From NCBI GenBank assembly GCA_038883795.1, contig JAVZLK010000004.1, positions 32,001 to 96,000 on the forward strand: a stretch of DNA of 64,000 nucleotides, written 5' to 3'. Shown here piece by piece: positions 40,937 to 50,838 of the stretch (the stretch's first letter is position 1; the number at the start of each line of letters is the position of its first letter). Under the pieces are notes generated by a model. The model had not been told where the DNA came from. It did not search any database and saw only the letters and a list, made by a program, of their open reading frames with translations. The position numbers and the translations under genes were made by a program. This DNA comes from Candidatus Bathyarchaeia archaeon. GTDB lineage: Archaea; Thermoproteota; Bathyarchaeia; Bathyarchaeales; Bathycorpusculaceae.

Positions 40937-41649
40937 AAACCTCCATTCAAAAGGAAGAAGGTCAAAGCGCCGAAGGCTGGCACAGTTAAATTGTCAAAGC
41001 CTAAGGGTGTAAACCCTTCAACCAAAGTTGTGACTGCAGCCACAGCAACCGCAGAGAAGACCTTATCGACAAATGAGAATGGCAATATTAGCGAGAAATA
41101 GAAGAGGCTTAAAGCGAAGACGATAAAGCTTGCAAGGAACATGGCAGCAGAGCCTTCAAAGCTTTTTTCTGCAAAAACTCCATATTTCCTCTTGCCAAAC
41201 TTTTCTCCAACAATAGAAGCTATGGCATCGCCGTAAGCCATAGGCAAGATGCCCGCCGCCAAAACCATAACATACTGTTTAGAGGCGAAAAGCAGAGCCA
41301 AAACTGTGTAGGATATGGCATAAAAAACTAGTCCCAATTGATGACCTTCTTCGGTTATGTCTGCAAGTCCCTTCATTTTTTTGCTTAAATTTTTGAATGG
41401 TGAATAGGCGGATGCGAAAAATGTTATGGGTATAAATGGGGCTGCAACAAGAAATGGGTAAATGTTGGATGTGAAGAATGGGATTATGAAGGGAAGGTTT
41501 CCAATCATTATGTGCAAGAATTTTCGGGAAGCCTTTCGCTGTATGCCTAAAATTTTCTCCATTCTGCCAGAAACAAAAATTATTAGCAGTATGTAAAAAT
41601 AGCATAGAAGCATCAAAAGAACGTTTGTAAAAACCTCATCACTAATCAA
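40933..41649 (-). CDS. Dolichol/phytol kinase family (CTP-dependent polyprenol kinase)
   Basis: RKFLHI, GDAIASIVG, KSFEGS, GFDNL. Confidence 0.85.
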   Translation of the reverse strand: MISDEVFTNVLLMLLCYFYILLIIFVSGRMEKILGIQRKASRKFLHIMIGNLPFIIPFFTSNIYPFLVAAPFIPITFFASAYSPFKNLSKKMKGLADITEEGHQLGLVFYAISYTVLALLFASKQYVMVLAAGILPMAYGDAIASIVGEKFGKRKYGVFAEKSFEGSAAMFLASFIVFALSLFYFSLILPFSFVDKVFSAVAVAAVTTLVEGFTPLGFDNLTVPAFGALTFFLLNGGL

Positions 41650-41658
41650 GGTTTCACC

Positions 41659-42507
41659 CTAAAAGGCTCCAGCAATAAAAGCTAACAATCCAATGAGAAA
41701 CCATAAAAGAACAATGTTTTTGACCTTTCTGGCGTTTTCCCTCGAAAAGTCTTTAAGAAGCATGACTGTGGAAGCCAAAAGTCCAAAATCAGTTATAGCC
41801 ACGAGGGGAAAGAACCCAAAAGAAACGTTTCCCAAAAGCCCCGGAATCGGACTTAAAAGTACCGCAGAAAAATAAAATAATGCAGCAGTTATGGCTGCTC
41901 TTTTTTCTCCATAAAGAACAGCCAAAGTTTTCACATTCTGTGTTCTATCCCCCTGAACATCAACTATTCCCTTGGTTATTTCTCTGCCAGTGTTTGACAG
42001 GAAAACCATTAAAACGAAAATCAAAACATTCGGTACAACATTATTAACTGCGGCTACACTTCCATAAATAAATGGTAATGCTACGCATGTGCTAACGAGA
42101 AAGTTTCCGGGCAAACCGCTACGCTTTCCAACAGTTGTATATGTTACAAAGATTGTCCATGCAATTATGGCTATTAAGAAACAGAGAGGGTTTGTTAAGA
42201 ATGCACTTACAAAACCTATGATCGTAAGTGCTGATGCGAAAATTAGGGCGTTTTTTGGCTGGATTAAGCCGCTTGGAATTGGACGTTTCGGCTCGTTTAC
42301 AGCATCAATTTCCCTGTCATAATAGTCATTTATAGCCATGGACGCAGCGGTTAAAGCAAAACCAGTGATAAACCCGTATGTGAGGTTTTGCCAACTAACG
42401 CCTAAAACATTTGGGTTTGCTAGGGCTGCGCCCACTATGACAGCAAAGCCCATCATTAGACAGTTTATTGGACGCATTAAACGAAGATACCCGCCGACTT
42501 TTCTCAT
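41659..42507 (-). CDS. Digeranylgeranylglyceryl phosphate synthase (UbiA family)
   Basis: RPINC, INDYYDREIDAVNEPKRPIPSG, REITKGIVDVQGD. Confidence 0.85.
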   Translation of the reverse strand: MRKVGGYLRLMRPINCLMMGFAVIVGAALANPNVLGVSWQNLTYGFITGFALTAASMAINDYYDREIDAVNEPKRPIPSGLIQPKNALIFASALTIIGFVSAFLTNPLCFLIAIIAWTIFVTYTTVGKRSGLPGNFLVSTCVALPFIYGSVAAVNNVVPNVLIFVLMVFLSNTGREITKGIVDVQGDRTQNVKTLAVLYGEKRAAITAALFYFSAVLLSPIPGLLGNVSFGFFPLVAITDFGLLASTVMLLKDFSRENARKVKNIVLLWFLIGLLAFIAGAF

Positions 42508-42627
42508 GTTTTAAACCTTGCCATAACATTTAGCTTCTCTTTAAAGTTATAAAATTCACGATTAAATTCGAAAGTTTAATACGTTTGGCATAAGTAAACC
42601 ATTCTAAAGTCTATTGGTGATAGGCTT

Positions 42628-43899
42628 TTGAACCCTAACTATGCCCCAGAAAGGTTAAGAGTGATAATTCCTGTTGGAGGAAAAGCCACAAGACTACTAC
42701 CGCTTACTGCTGAAACGAGTAAGGCTTGTCTGCGCATACTCAACAGACCCTTAATAGAATTTTCCCTCCTATCCCTAGCCAACCAAGGAATTAGAAACTT
42801 CATTTTCGGGGTGAAGGGCTACACAAACTATAGGGATCTACATGACTATTTTGAGTCAGGTTATGGATTCTCCGCCAGATACGGCATAAAGCCCAGAGTT
42901 CATATAAAATATCAACCAAACATAGAAGATTTGGGAAGCGCAGACTCCGCAAGAATAAACATGGAATACTACAACGTTAGGGATCCAGTTTTTGCTGTGC
43001 AAGGCGACAACATTTTTGACGTGAACTTGAAAGAGCTTGTGGAGTTTCACCAGAAAAAGGGCGCCATCATGACCATAGCCTTAAGGGAAGTAGAAGACGT
43101 GGAAGGTTATGGAATAGCAGACATAAACAGAGATATGCGAATCTCAAGATTTGTGGAAAAACCAGCGCCAAAAGATGCTCCATCAAATCTTGCAAACACT
43201 GGTTTGTACATGGTTTCGCCTGAAATAAGAAAAATCTTCAAAGAGGAAGGCGTTAAAAAAATAATTAAGGAAAGGCAGCGCCTAGATTTCGGCTACGATT
43301 TCATTCCTTACCTGATACAAAGCGGAAGACCAGTTTATGGTTACACTTTAAAAGGAAGCTGGTATGACGTCGGCAACCCAAAACGTTACCTACAAACAAT
43401 GCAGGACATGCTTCAAGGGCGTTTCTCTTCATTGACAGGTTTTGGCGGAAGAATAAGCGAAGAGGAAAGAATTTGGGTTCAGGGAGAAAGCACAGAATCA
43501 ATGAAGAGGAGAAAGGAAATCATAAAGAAAATCAAGCAAGGAAAAATAGAGGTTAAAGGCGCTGTCCTCATTGGGAGACACTGCCAAATAGAAGATGGCG
43601 CAAGAATAGTGAATTCATGCATTGACAATTACACTAAAATTGGCAAAGGCGTTGTTATAGAAAATTCCGCCATCATGGACAGAGTTATAATTGAGGAAAA
43701 GGCGGAGATAAAAGAAAGCATTATAGGACGTCACGTAACAGTTCTCTCAAGCCCCAAAAAGCAAACCAAGATAGAGGCTGTTTCCGTTGTCGCCGACGAC
43801 GTAACCATAGCAGAAGGCTGCAAACTGACAGCAACAAAAATCTATCCACACCAGTTCGTAAAGGGAGAATTCATAAATCAAACGTTAATGCCTGGCTAA
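42628..43899 (+). CDS. NDP-sugar pyrophosphorylase with left-handed beta-helix C-terminus
   Basis: GGKATRLLPLT, GSADS, FVEKP, DFGYDFIP, WYDVG, hexapeptide repeats. Confidence 0.85.
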   Translation: MNPNYAPERLRVIIPVGGKATRLLPLTAETSKACLRILNRPLIEFSLLSLANQGIRNFIFGVKGYTNYRDLHDYFESGYGFSARYGIKPRVHIKYQPNIEDLGSADSARINMEYYNVRDPVFAVQGDNIFDVNLKELVEFHQKKGAIMTIALREVEDVEGYGIADINRDMRISRFVEKPAPKDAPSNLANTGLYMVSPEIRKIFKEEGVKKIIKERQRLDFGYDFIPYLIQSGRPVYGYTLKGSWYDVGNPKRYLQTMQDMLQGRFSSLTGFGGRISEEERIWVQGESTESMKRRKEIIKKIKQGKIEVKGAVLIGRHCQIEDGARIVNSCIDNYTKIGKGVVIENSAIMDRVIIEEKAEIKESIIGRHVTVLSSPKKQTKIEAVSVVADDVTIAEGCKLTATKIYPHQFVKGEFINQTLMPG

Positions 43900-43967
43900 A
43901 TTCTCAGCAAACGTCAACTATTCATCACAAAAGTTTTATTAACTTATATAAGCCATATTTCAGAGCC

Positions 43968-44984
43968 ATGTTACATATGAAATTTCGCATAATTGGTTTG
44001 TTCTCAATATGTTTAATAATATTCGCTGTTGCTTGTCGCCAAGTTTCCGTTGTCTATGCGCTAAATGGAGCGCAATTAATGGAAAATGTAGCTATTTCCG
44101 TTAACTGCACAACCGCCCAGCTGCACATCACAAGCATGGTTGCATCCAGCGACGCTTCGCTTGTAAACTTCACGAGTGGCGTAAACATGAATGACCCAAA
44201 CTTAATAAATGCAACCACAATTAGCGCCATATTTTCAGCAGATGGATCTTTTCTAGGATACCTTTTCAACAACACTGATCCAACAACTGCCACATCAATT
44301 GCGGACTCGATTACTCCGGGTGTATCCACAGCCTTTAATACTGCTTTCACGTATCTTTCAACCGGCACATACGAAACCTTTGCCAATGTAACATACACTG
44401 GACCAGCAAAAGCCAATTTGCAGTCTTATACGGAATGGTTAATAACTCAGTGTCTGGCTTCTGATTTAGGAGGATTTTCGTTGACATTTTCACCGATGTC
44501 TCAAGCGCCGCATGCTGTAGTTGTTGTTAGCGCAATGAAAGACAGCGGTGGGTTTGACTGGGAATATTCAATGATGGTTGGCTATTATACAAGCATTACA
44601 CCCGGCTCTGGCAACCATACCATTGACGTTCTATATTGGCTTAATGTAGAATCCCTTGCGCCTTCATCATACGCTTCTGAACCCGAGATTGGTTACGACT
44701 CAATGGTTTCGCTTACAATTTATTCAAACCAAACAATCAGTTATGTTTCATGTGAACCAGGATTGGCAGACTTTCCTGGAAATCGAGGGTGGACATATTA
44801 TCAGTATGAACCAACAAGTTTAGTGGCTTACTTCGGCTTTGGCGATGATTCCTCACCAGTCAGTCCATTAACCTTCACCTTTTCAGGATTAGTAGTTCCA
44901 GAGTTCTCGACTCCAGCCTTACTTGCCATGTTCACATTAGCCGCAACAATAGCCCTAATTGCAAGAAAGCGTCTCTTAAAGTGA
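43968..44984 (+). CDS. Secreted surface glycoprotein with PEF-type C-terminal sorting signal
   Basis: Signal peptide, Ser/Thr-rich with NxT/S sequons, ends VVPEFSTPALLAMFTLAATIALIARKRLLK. Confidence 0.8.
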   Translation: MLHMKFRIIGLFSICLIIFAVACRQVSVVYALNGAQLMENVAISVNCTTAQLHITSMVASSDASLVNFTSGVNMNDPNLINATTISAIFSADGSFLGYLFNNTDPTTATSIADSITPGVSTAFNTAFTYLSTGTYETFANVTYTGPAKANLQSYTEWLITQCLASDLGGFSLTFSPMSQAPHAVVVVSAMKDSGGFDWEYSMMVGYYTSITPGSGNHTIDVLYWLNVESLAPSSYASEPEIGYDSMVSLTIYSNQTISYVSCEPGLADFPGNRGWTYYQYEPTSLVAYFGFGDDSSPVSPLTFTFSGLVVPEFSTPALLAMFTLAATIALIARKRLLK

Positions 44985-44993
44985 AGAACAAAA

Positions 44994-45467
44994 ATGATTA
45001 TTGACTTAAAAGAAACCAGAAAAAGAACAGTACCCGTGAACCAGTACATAGATAGCTTAAAACAGACTTTCAAAGAAAAATTTCTGGCGAGAAAGCATAC
45101 ATACAAATTGAACCAAGAGGCAATAAATAGAATTAAGGAATTTGCAGACAAATATCTCATAGTTGCCTTCTCTGCAGAATGGTGCAAAGACTGTGCAGCA
45201 AACATTCCAGTCTTAGCCCGCATATCCGAAAAAACCGGTTTAGAAGTTAGAGTGTTCGGAGGTTTAATGAAGGATCCGTTAAGTCATGAAAGAAAATGGA
45301 GGATTCCACCTTCGCCACCTGAAGTAGAAACGTTTAACGTGGACAAGATTCCATTGATAATTTTGTTTGATAAGAATGGAAAAGAGATTGGAAGAATAGT
45401 TGAAAATCCACGCGAACCAACGCTGGAAGAAGAATTGCTGAAAATTATTTTACAACAGCATCAGTAG
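44994..45467 (+). CDS. Thioredoxin family protein
   Basis: AEWCKDC, KIP, EIGRIVENP. Confidence 0.82.
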   Translation: MIIDLKETRKRTVPVNQYIDSLKQTFKEKFLARKHTYKLNQEAINRIKEFADKYLIVAFSAEWCKDCAANIPVLARISEKTGLEVRVFGGLMKDPLSHERKWRIPPSPPEVETFNVDKIPLIILFDKNGKEIGRIVENPREPTLEEELLKIILQQHQ

Positions 45468-45481
45468 ATAAGCTAGAAGAA

Positions 45482-46039
45482 TTAGGCTTTAAACCACTTG
45501 AATATTAGGTATCTTATTTTCTCCTTTTCCATGTCTGGCACTGCTATTATGAACCGTTTCCGAACAGTTGTTGCAAGCCTTCCAGCCTTCACAATCTCTG
45601 TCGCCGTTATTTCTGAAGAAGCGCTTTTAACAGAAACCATGTAAGGCGCATGTTCAATGCCTGGTCCATGCTTGTAAACGGCAAAGTCGCATCCAAACTT
45701 TATTCCAGGCGTAACAATCAAGCCATTGTCACGTAAGTCTCGGTAAACAGCATACTTTTCATCAAACTCCTCATATAATTGCCTAGCTTTTTGACGCAAC
45801 TTTTTGAGGCCGACTTTCTTCTTTGCTGGTCCTTCATAAATGCTTATGATTCCTTTTTCGGCAAGATATAATCCTTCCATCAAATCCAAAATTAGTGGGA
45901 CCTCAAATTCTGGAATTTTAGGTTTTGGAATGCCTAAGGGTTTTCCGTAAAAGCCCTTCTTATAGAGTTTAGACCCTTCCTTGGGGTTCCAAACGATTAA
46001 GAAGTTTTCAATGAATTCGACATCAATTTTTTTAGGCAT
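45482..46039 (-). CDS. endA: tRNA-intron endonuclease
   Basis: VYRDLR..GIKFGCDFAVY..HAPY..VRK catalytic Tyr/His/Lys. Confidence 0.93.
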   Translation of the reverse strand: MPKKIDVEFIENFLIVWNPKEGSKLYKKGFYGKPLGIPKPKIPEFEVPLILDLMEGLYLAEKGIISIYEGPAKKKVGLKKLRQKARQLYEEFDEKYAVYRDLRDNGLIVTPGIKFGCDFAVYKHGPGIEHAPYMVSVKSASSEITATEIVKAGRLATTVRKRFIIAVPDMEKEKIRYLIFKWFKA

Positions 46040-46055
46040 TAGAATTTTCGCCTTT

Positions 46056-46733
46056 TCACATTATGAAAGAAAGGATTCTAGCGGCGTCTGCTGCATCTTC
46101 AGCCTTGTCCGCTGAATCTTCCAATAGTTGTAGAACATCTCTTAGAAGGATTAGGGCTGGAAAGTCCAGTTTGCTGTTTAATAGTTTTATTTCTAATTCA
46201 CGGTATAACTCATCAACTGCCCTTTCTGCAACTTCAACTTCCTTGGCTTTTTCCATGGCTTTAGATGAACCGTAAGTGAGAACCATGGCGGTTTCTCTAA
46301 GCTTAAGCACGGCCTCTAAAACGGTTTCTGAAAGCTTCAGTAAGTCCTTTTTTATGTCCATGGGAACATTCCAGTTGTGCTCCATAATTTCCACTAGGCG
46401 GAAGGCTATGCCCTCTGAGAAGTCCGCAATCTCGCTTGTGAGGTTTGTAAATCTTAAGAAGTCTTCTCTGCTGAGGAGGATGGCTCCTATTTCGGCAAGT
46501 TCTTGCGAGACAAGTCTCCTTGCGTTGTCAACATCGTCTTCGCCGCTTCTAATTTCGTTGAAAAGTTGTTTTGCCCTATCCTTGTCGTTTTTAACGAAGC
46601 AGTCCACCATTTGAGGAACTTTTCTTGTTAAATCCAGAACTTTCCTTAGGTGGTCTTGGCATATGCTTAAGGCTCTCCTTTTTACTCGTTCTTCGGTTTC
46701 TGCTGGAAGCACCAAATTTTTCCCCGCCCACAA
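46056..46733 (-). CDS. DUF47/PhoU-like phosphate transport regulator
   Basis: All-helical; EDDVD..REDF..EIAD; ERAVD..EDSADKAEDAAD. Confidence 0.8.
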   Translation of the reverse strand: MWAGKNLVLPAETEERVKRRALSICQDHLRKVLDLTRKVPQMVDCFVKNDKDRAKQLFNEIRSGEDDVDNARRLVSQELAEIGAILLSREDFLRFTNLTSEIADFSEGIAFRLVEIMEHNWNVPMDIKKDLLKLSETVLEAVLKLRETAMVLTYGSSKAMEKAKEVEVAERAVDELYRELEIKLLNSKLDFPALILLRDVLQLLEDSADKAEDAADAARILSFIM

Positions 46734-46791
46734 GTAAGGCTATTTTCCTCTACATTAAATAAGGTGAAGTGTTAAAAAAGGTAACGAAACC

Positions 46792-48555
46792 TTAGCCTTT
46801 AAACGGCTTGCCCAAATCCTCAAAATTGATTTTCCATCTAAAATATTTGTGCAAAAGCTCAGGCAAATCTTCAATTCTGCTTCTAACCTGTTTCCAAGAA
46901 TCACGGTCTCGGATGGTGACCGTGTTATCCTTAAGTGTTTCATAGTCAACTGTTATGCCTAAGGGTATACCAATTTCATCTGCTCTGGCGTAGCGTCTGC
47001 CAATGGAGCCAGCCTCATCATACTCCACTATGAAACCTTCATTAACCAAAATTTTATGCAATTCCATGGCTTTTTCTGGCAATCCATCCTTACTCACTAA
47101 CGGATAAACGCCAACTTGAATGGGGGCGATGTCCCTTGGAAAACTCATCACAGTCCTATCATCCTTCACGCGATAGGCATATTCGAAAGTCACGTAAAGG
47201 AGGCGGTCTGAGCCAAAGGTTGGTTCTATAACATGAGGTATGAAGCGCCTTCCCCGCTCCACAACTTTTTCATGTCTAATTTCCAAATGTTCTGGCAAAA
47301 TCTTGTATTTCCCAAGCATAAAATATCCATTCTTTTTAAGGGAATTCTCCACCTCCTTCGGGTCTGCCTTAGAAAGCATTTCAGCAACCTTTGCAGCTTC
47401 CTTCTTAAAAGCGGGTCCCAATTTGCCCATTATTGGCTTTATGATTATTTGCTCCTTTTCCAATGGTTTTTCATATTCTTTAAAGATATACATGTCTTGA
47501 TTGCTAAATTCTGTATGCCTCTTCAAATCGTAATCAGTTCTGTGGGCTGTGGCTGTAACTTCAATCCAACCCCACCTTTCAACTAGAACCTCATGGTCGA
47601 ACGTTTGGGCTGAATAGTGGGCTCTTTCCCATGGAAGTTTTTCAATGAAGCGTTGTTTTTCAGCTGGAACCCCCAAAGCTATTAGTAGCTTTTTTGAGAT
47701 TGCCATAAAAACCGCTTGCCACTCAGCCTTAATATAGCCTTTCTCTAAAGCCTCTTTTACGGTAACCGTTATGAGATCCTCAGAACCCTTTAGCCTATTC
47801 TCAGCCAAAACCAACTGTAAGGTTTCATTTTCCACCTCCTTTAGCAGGTAACAGTTTGGTTCTTCTGGGTCAAAGAAAAACTCCAAATCCCCAATGGTGA
47901 ATTCTCTCAGCCTCAAAAGCCCTTGCCTCGGCGAAATCTCATTTCTTAAGGCACGCCCAATCTGTATTACGCCAAAGGGCAGTTTTTCTCGTGCCATTTC
48001 ATAGAGGCGTCTAAACTCCACAAATATGCCTTGGGCGGCTTCTGGTCTTGCATAACCTACAGCATCCGAATATGGTCCTATAGTTGTTTTGAACATTGTT
48101 AGAAACTGTTTTGGTTCGCTTAATGTGCCGCCGCATTCTGGGCAGAGAATTTTCTGCCTTTCAATTATGTTTTTTATTTCTGTTAGGCTTAGTTTTTCTG
48201 CTTCGGTTTGGGGAATTTTTGTGGTTTCTGCGATTAGGTGGTCAGCCCTAAATTTTTTCTTACAATTTTGGCATTCAACCATGGGTTCTTTAAAATGTTC
48301 CACATGCCCCGAAGCCTCGAAAACCTTTTCTGGCGCAATTATCGGTGACTCAATTTCCATCATGCCAAGCTTGTAAACATAAAATTCTCTTATCTTTCTT
48401 TCAATGTTTTGTTTTAATCTTGCGCCAAGATGTCCATAGGTAACGAAGCCGCTGGCGCCTCCATATATTTCATAGGATTGCCAAAAGAAACCTCTTCGGC
48501 GTGCTAGCTCATTAATCGCCGTGAACTTGTCTGCTATTTTTGTTTCTTTCGTCAA
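46792..48555 (-). CDS. glyS: Glycine--tRNA ligase (archaeal/eukaryotic type)
   Basis: RRGFFWQSYEIYGG, ASGHV, RPEAAQG, RNEISPRQGLLRLREF, GSIGRRYAR; start set at TTG 48555. Confidence 0.94.
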   Translation of the reverse strand: MTKETKIADKFTAINELARRRGFFWQSYEIYGGASGFVTYGHLGARLKQNIERKIREFYVYKLGMMEIESPIIAPEKVFEASGHVEHFKEPMVECQNCKKKFRADHLIAETTKIPQTEAEKLSLTEIKNIIERQKILCPECGGTLSEPKQFLTMFKTTIGPYSDAVGYARPEAAQGIFVEFRRLYEMAREKLPFGVIQIGRALRNEISPRQGLLRLREFTIGDLEFFFDPEEPNCYLLKEVENETLQLVLAENRLKGSEDLITVTVKEALEKGYIKAEWQAVFMAISKKLLIALGVPAEKQRFIEKLPWERAHYSAQTFDHEVLVERWGWIEVTATAHRTDYDLKRHTEFSNQDMYIFKEYEKPLEKEQIIIKPIMGKLGPAFKKEAAKVAEMLSKADPKEVENSLKKNGYFMLGKYKILPEHLEIRHEKVVERGRRFIPHVIEPTFGSDRLLYVTFEYAYRVKDDRTVMSFPRDIAPIQVGVYPLVSKDGLPEKAMELHKILVNEGFIVEYDEAGSIGRRYARADEIGIPLGITVDYETLKDNTVTIRDRDSWKQVRSRIEDLPELLHKYFRWKINFEDLGKPFKG

Positions 48556-48641
48556 CTTTGCAGCCTCTTTATGGTTAAGTGTTTTAAAGAGTTTAAGGCT
48601 TACTAATAATAAACTTTCATCCGAAACGGAGGTTTCAAGGT

Positions 48642-49709
48642 TTGAGAACCCTAAACCATCAAGACCTGCTCGACTTGGTGGATGGCGCTGCAATTTTTTC
48701 CGCTGGAGGTGGAGGCGACCCCGAAACTGGTTATAACATAGCAGACGGGTTGGCGAGTCAAGGTTATACTGTTAGGCTTGTTGTCCCTTCAGATGTTCCA
48801 GAAGAGGCGAGGGTTGTAAATTTCGCATGTGTAGGCGCCACAACCGCCATTGGATACGATTCTGATGCGGCTGTGAAAACTTTGAAGGCTTTAGAAGAAT
48901 ATGCTGGTTTTTCCGCTTTTGCCACCATTCCAGTAGAACTTGGCGGCTTTAACACATTAGCTGCTGTAGATGTTGCTGCCAGAAGAGGCATTCCCGTCGT
49001 TGATGCGGATGGGGCTGGGAGGGCTGTTCCAGAAGTTCACCTAAAGGTTTACACTATTGACGGCATATCCTTAACGCCGATGGCTATTGCAGACATCCAC
49101 GCAAAAAACGTGGTCATTGTTAAAGAGACAATGGATGCGAGGGCTGCGGAAAGAATCGCACGGGTTTTGGCTGCAGAATGGGGTCAAAGCGCTTACACTG
49201 CTAGAAGAATATTAACAGGTGCTCAGGTGAAAACTTCGCCAATCCAGCTTAGCCTCTCAAAGTCTATAAAAATTGGAAAACTTTTAAGGACAACAATTGA
49301 ACCCATAAAGGCTGTTCTAAAGGAAACCAACGGTTTTAAACTCTTCGAAGGCTTGGTGGAGAATGTTGAACAAAAAACCGAAGCTGGCTTCACATTTGTA
49401 AACATAAAACTTAAGGGAACTCATGAATATGCCGGCGATATTTTTGAGTTTAAAGCCAAAAACGAAGTGCTAATAGCCTATAAAAACGGAAAACTGGCAG
49501 CAATAGCTCCAGACATCATAACACCAGTACATCCGGAAACTGGCAAGTGCATAACAGCAGAAAAAATAGAGAAAGGCGACAAAATTGTTGTTTTGGGTTT
49601 GCCAGCACCAGCGAAATGGCGAACTAAAAAGGGATTAGCATTATGGAAAGATGTACTACAAAGATCTAACATAATTGAAGAATACGTACCAATTGAGAAA
49701 CTACAATAA
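48642..49709 (+). CDS. DUF917 family protein
   Basis: GAAIFSAGGGGDP, ELGGFN, VDADGAGRAVPE, KNE, PDII. Confidence 0.85.
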   Translation: MRTLNHQDLLDLVDGAAIFSAGGGGDPETGYNIADGLASQGYTVRLVVPSDVPEEARVVNFACVGATTAIGYDSDAAVKTLKALEEYAGFSAFATIPVELGGFNTLAAVDVAARRGIPVVDADGAGRAVPEVHLKVYTIDGISLTPMAIADIHAKNVVIVKETMDARAAERIARVLAAEWGQSAYTARRILTGAQVKTSPIQLSLSKSIKIGKLLRTTIEPIKAVLKETNGFKLFEGLVENVEQKTEAGFTFVNIKLKGTHEYAGDIFEFKAKNEVLIAYKNGKLAAIAPDIITPVHPETGKCITAEKIEKGDKIVVLGLPAPAKWRTKKGLALWKDVLQRSNIIEEYVPIEKLQ

Positions 49710-49711
49710 GT

Positions 49712-50506
49712 TCAAAATGTTTGTTTTTCTTCCCGTTTAATTTTTAAACTTTGAAAGATTTTCTTCCTTTCTTTTTCACTTAAATGGGCGAGGTTTTTCC
49801 ACTTGCCCATACAAAATGTTTTCTCTATTTTCGCTCCGATTGGACAAAAGTTGTAGCAGTAGCCACAATATCTCACTCTTTTTCTTGTTATATCTCTAAT
49901 TTGAAGTATGAACTGAATACATCGAGTTCTGTTGAATCCTTTTGGCGGTGGCATTTTTCTGTTTATGGCGTTTATTGGGCAAAGCTTCACACAAGTGTCA
50001 CATTTCTGGCAAGGATTGAAGTCTTTTAAAGGTTTGTCCGTTTCTATGGAAGCGTCTGTTAGAACAACGCCAAGATTGACTCTAGGTCCATATTCTGGAG
50101 TTATCAGGATGCTTGGTCTTCCAAATACCCCTAGTCCTGCTTCATATGCGGCTAATTTAAAGGATAAGCGGGCAATCATTTCCTTTTCATTTTTGAAGCC
50201 TTGCGGAATAACAGCATTATAGCCCTTGTTTTTGAGGAAGTCGGTAAGTTGAAGAGAAACCCAGTCACGGTAAATGTTTAATACTCTTGATTCAACATCT
50301 CCTTTTTGGTAATAATTCAAAGTGGTATAATAGTCTAAACCCGCATGAAGGGCAAAAACAATAACAGAATTACAATTTTCTATAACGTCTCTTGGACGGC
50401 AACCATCTTTCGCCATTTTAAATCCATGTTTTGGGTCAGCAATTCCAATCTTGAAAACACCAAATCTCTTTAGAAAATCTTCTAACTCTTCTCTCATAAG
50501 CCTCAC
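49712..50506 (-). CDS. QueG/reductive-dehalogenase-like 4Fe-4S protein
   Basis: AAYEAGLG, ITPEYGPRVNL, CQKCDTCVKLCP, CGYCYNFCP. Confidence 0.8.
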   Translation of the reverse strand: MRLMREELEDFLKRFGVFKIGIADPKHGFKMAKDGCRPRDVIENCNSVIVFALHAGLDYYTTLNYYQKGDVESRVLNIYRDWVSLQLTDFLKNKGYNAVIPQGFKNEKEMIARLSFKLAAYEAGLGVFGRPSILITPEYGPRVNLGVVLTDASIETDKPLKDFNPCQKCDTCVKLCPINAINRKMPPPKGFNRTRCIQFILQIRDITRKRVRYCGYCYNFCPIGAKIEKTFCMGKWKNLAHLSEKERKKIFQSLKIKREEKQTF

Positions 50507-50528
50507 TTCTTCATACTTTTTGTCTTAT

Positions 50529-50768
50529 CTATTCTCTGATTGTTGGCGGCAAAGCTATCAAAGTTTGTGTTCTACGCACACCATTAATGTGCTGAATTTT
50601 CTCAATTATTTTTCCAAGCTCGTCAATCTTTTGGAATTCCACGAAAACCACAACATCAAACTGTCCCGTTACCGCATGCGCCGTTTTCACTCCTTCTACT
50701 TTGCAGGCGGCTTCTGCAACCTTCCATAATATTCCTGGCTCTGTACTGATGAGAATGTAGGCTTCCAA
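50529..50768 (-). CDS. Stand-alone Lrp/AsnC ligand-binding (RAM) domain protein
   Basis: AYILI, VTGQFDVV, GVRRTQTL. Confidence 0.85.
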   Translation of the reverse strand: MEAYILISTEPGILWKVAEAACKVEGVKTAHAVTGQFDVVVFVEFQKIDELGKIIEKIQHINGVRRTQTLIALPPTIRE

Positions 50769-50838
50769 AATTTCCCCTCAATAGTTTGTTTCGGTAAGGG
50801 GATATAAAACTTGCATTGCAGATGCTAATGTGCGTTTA

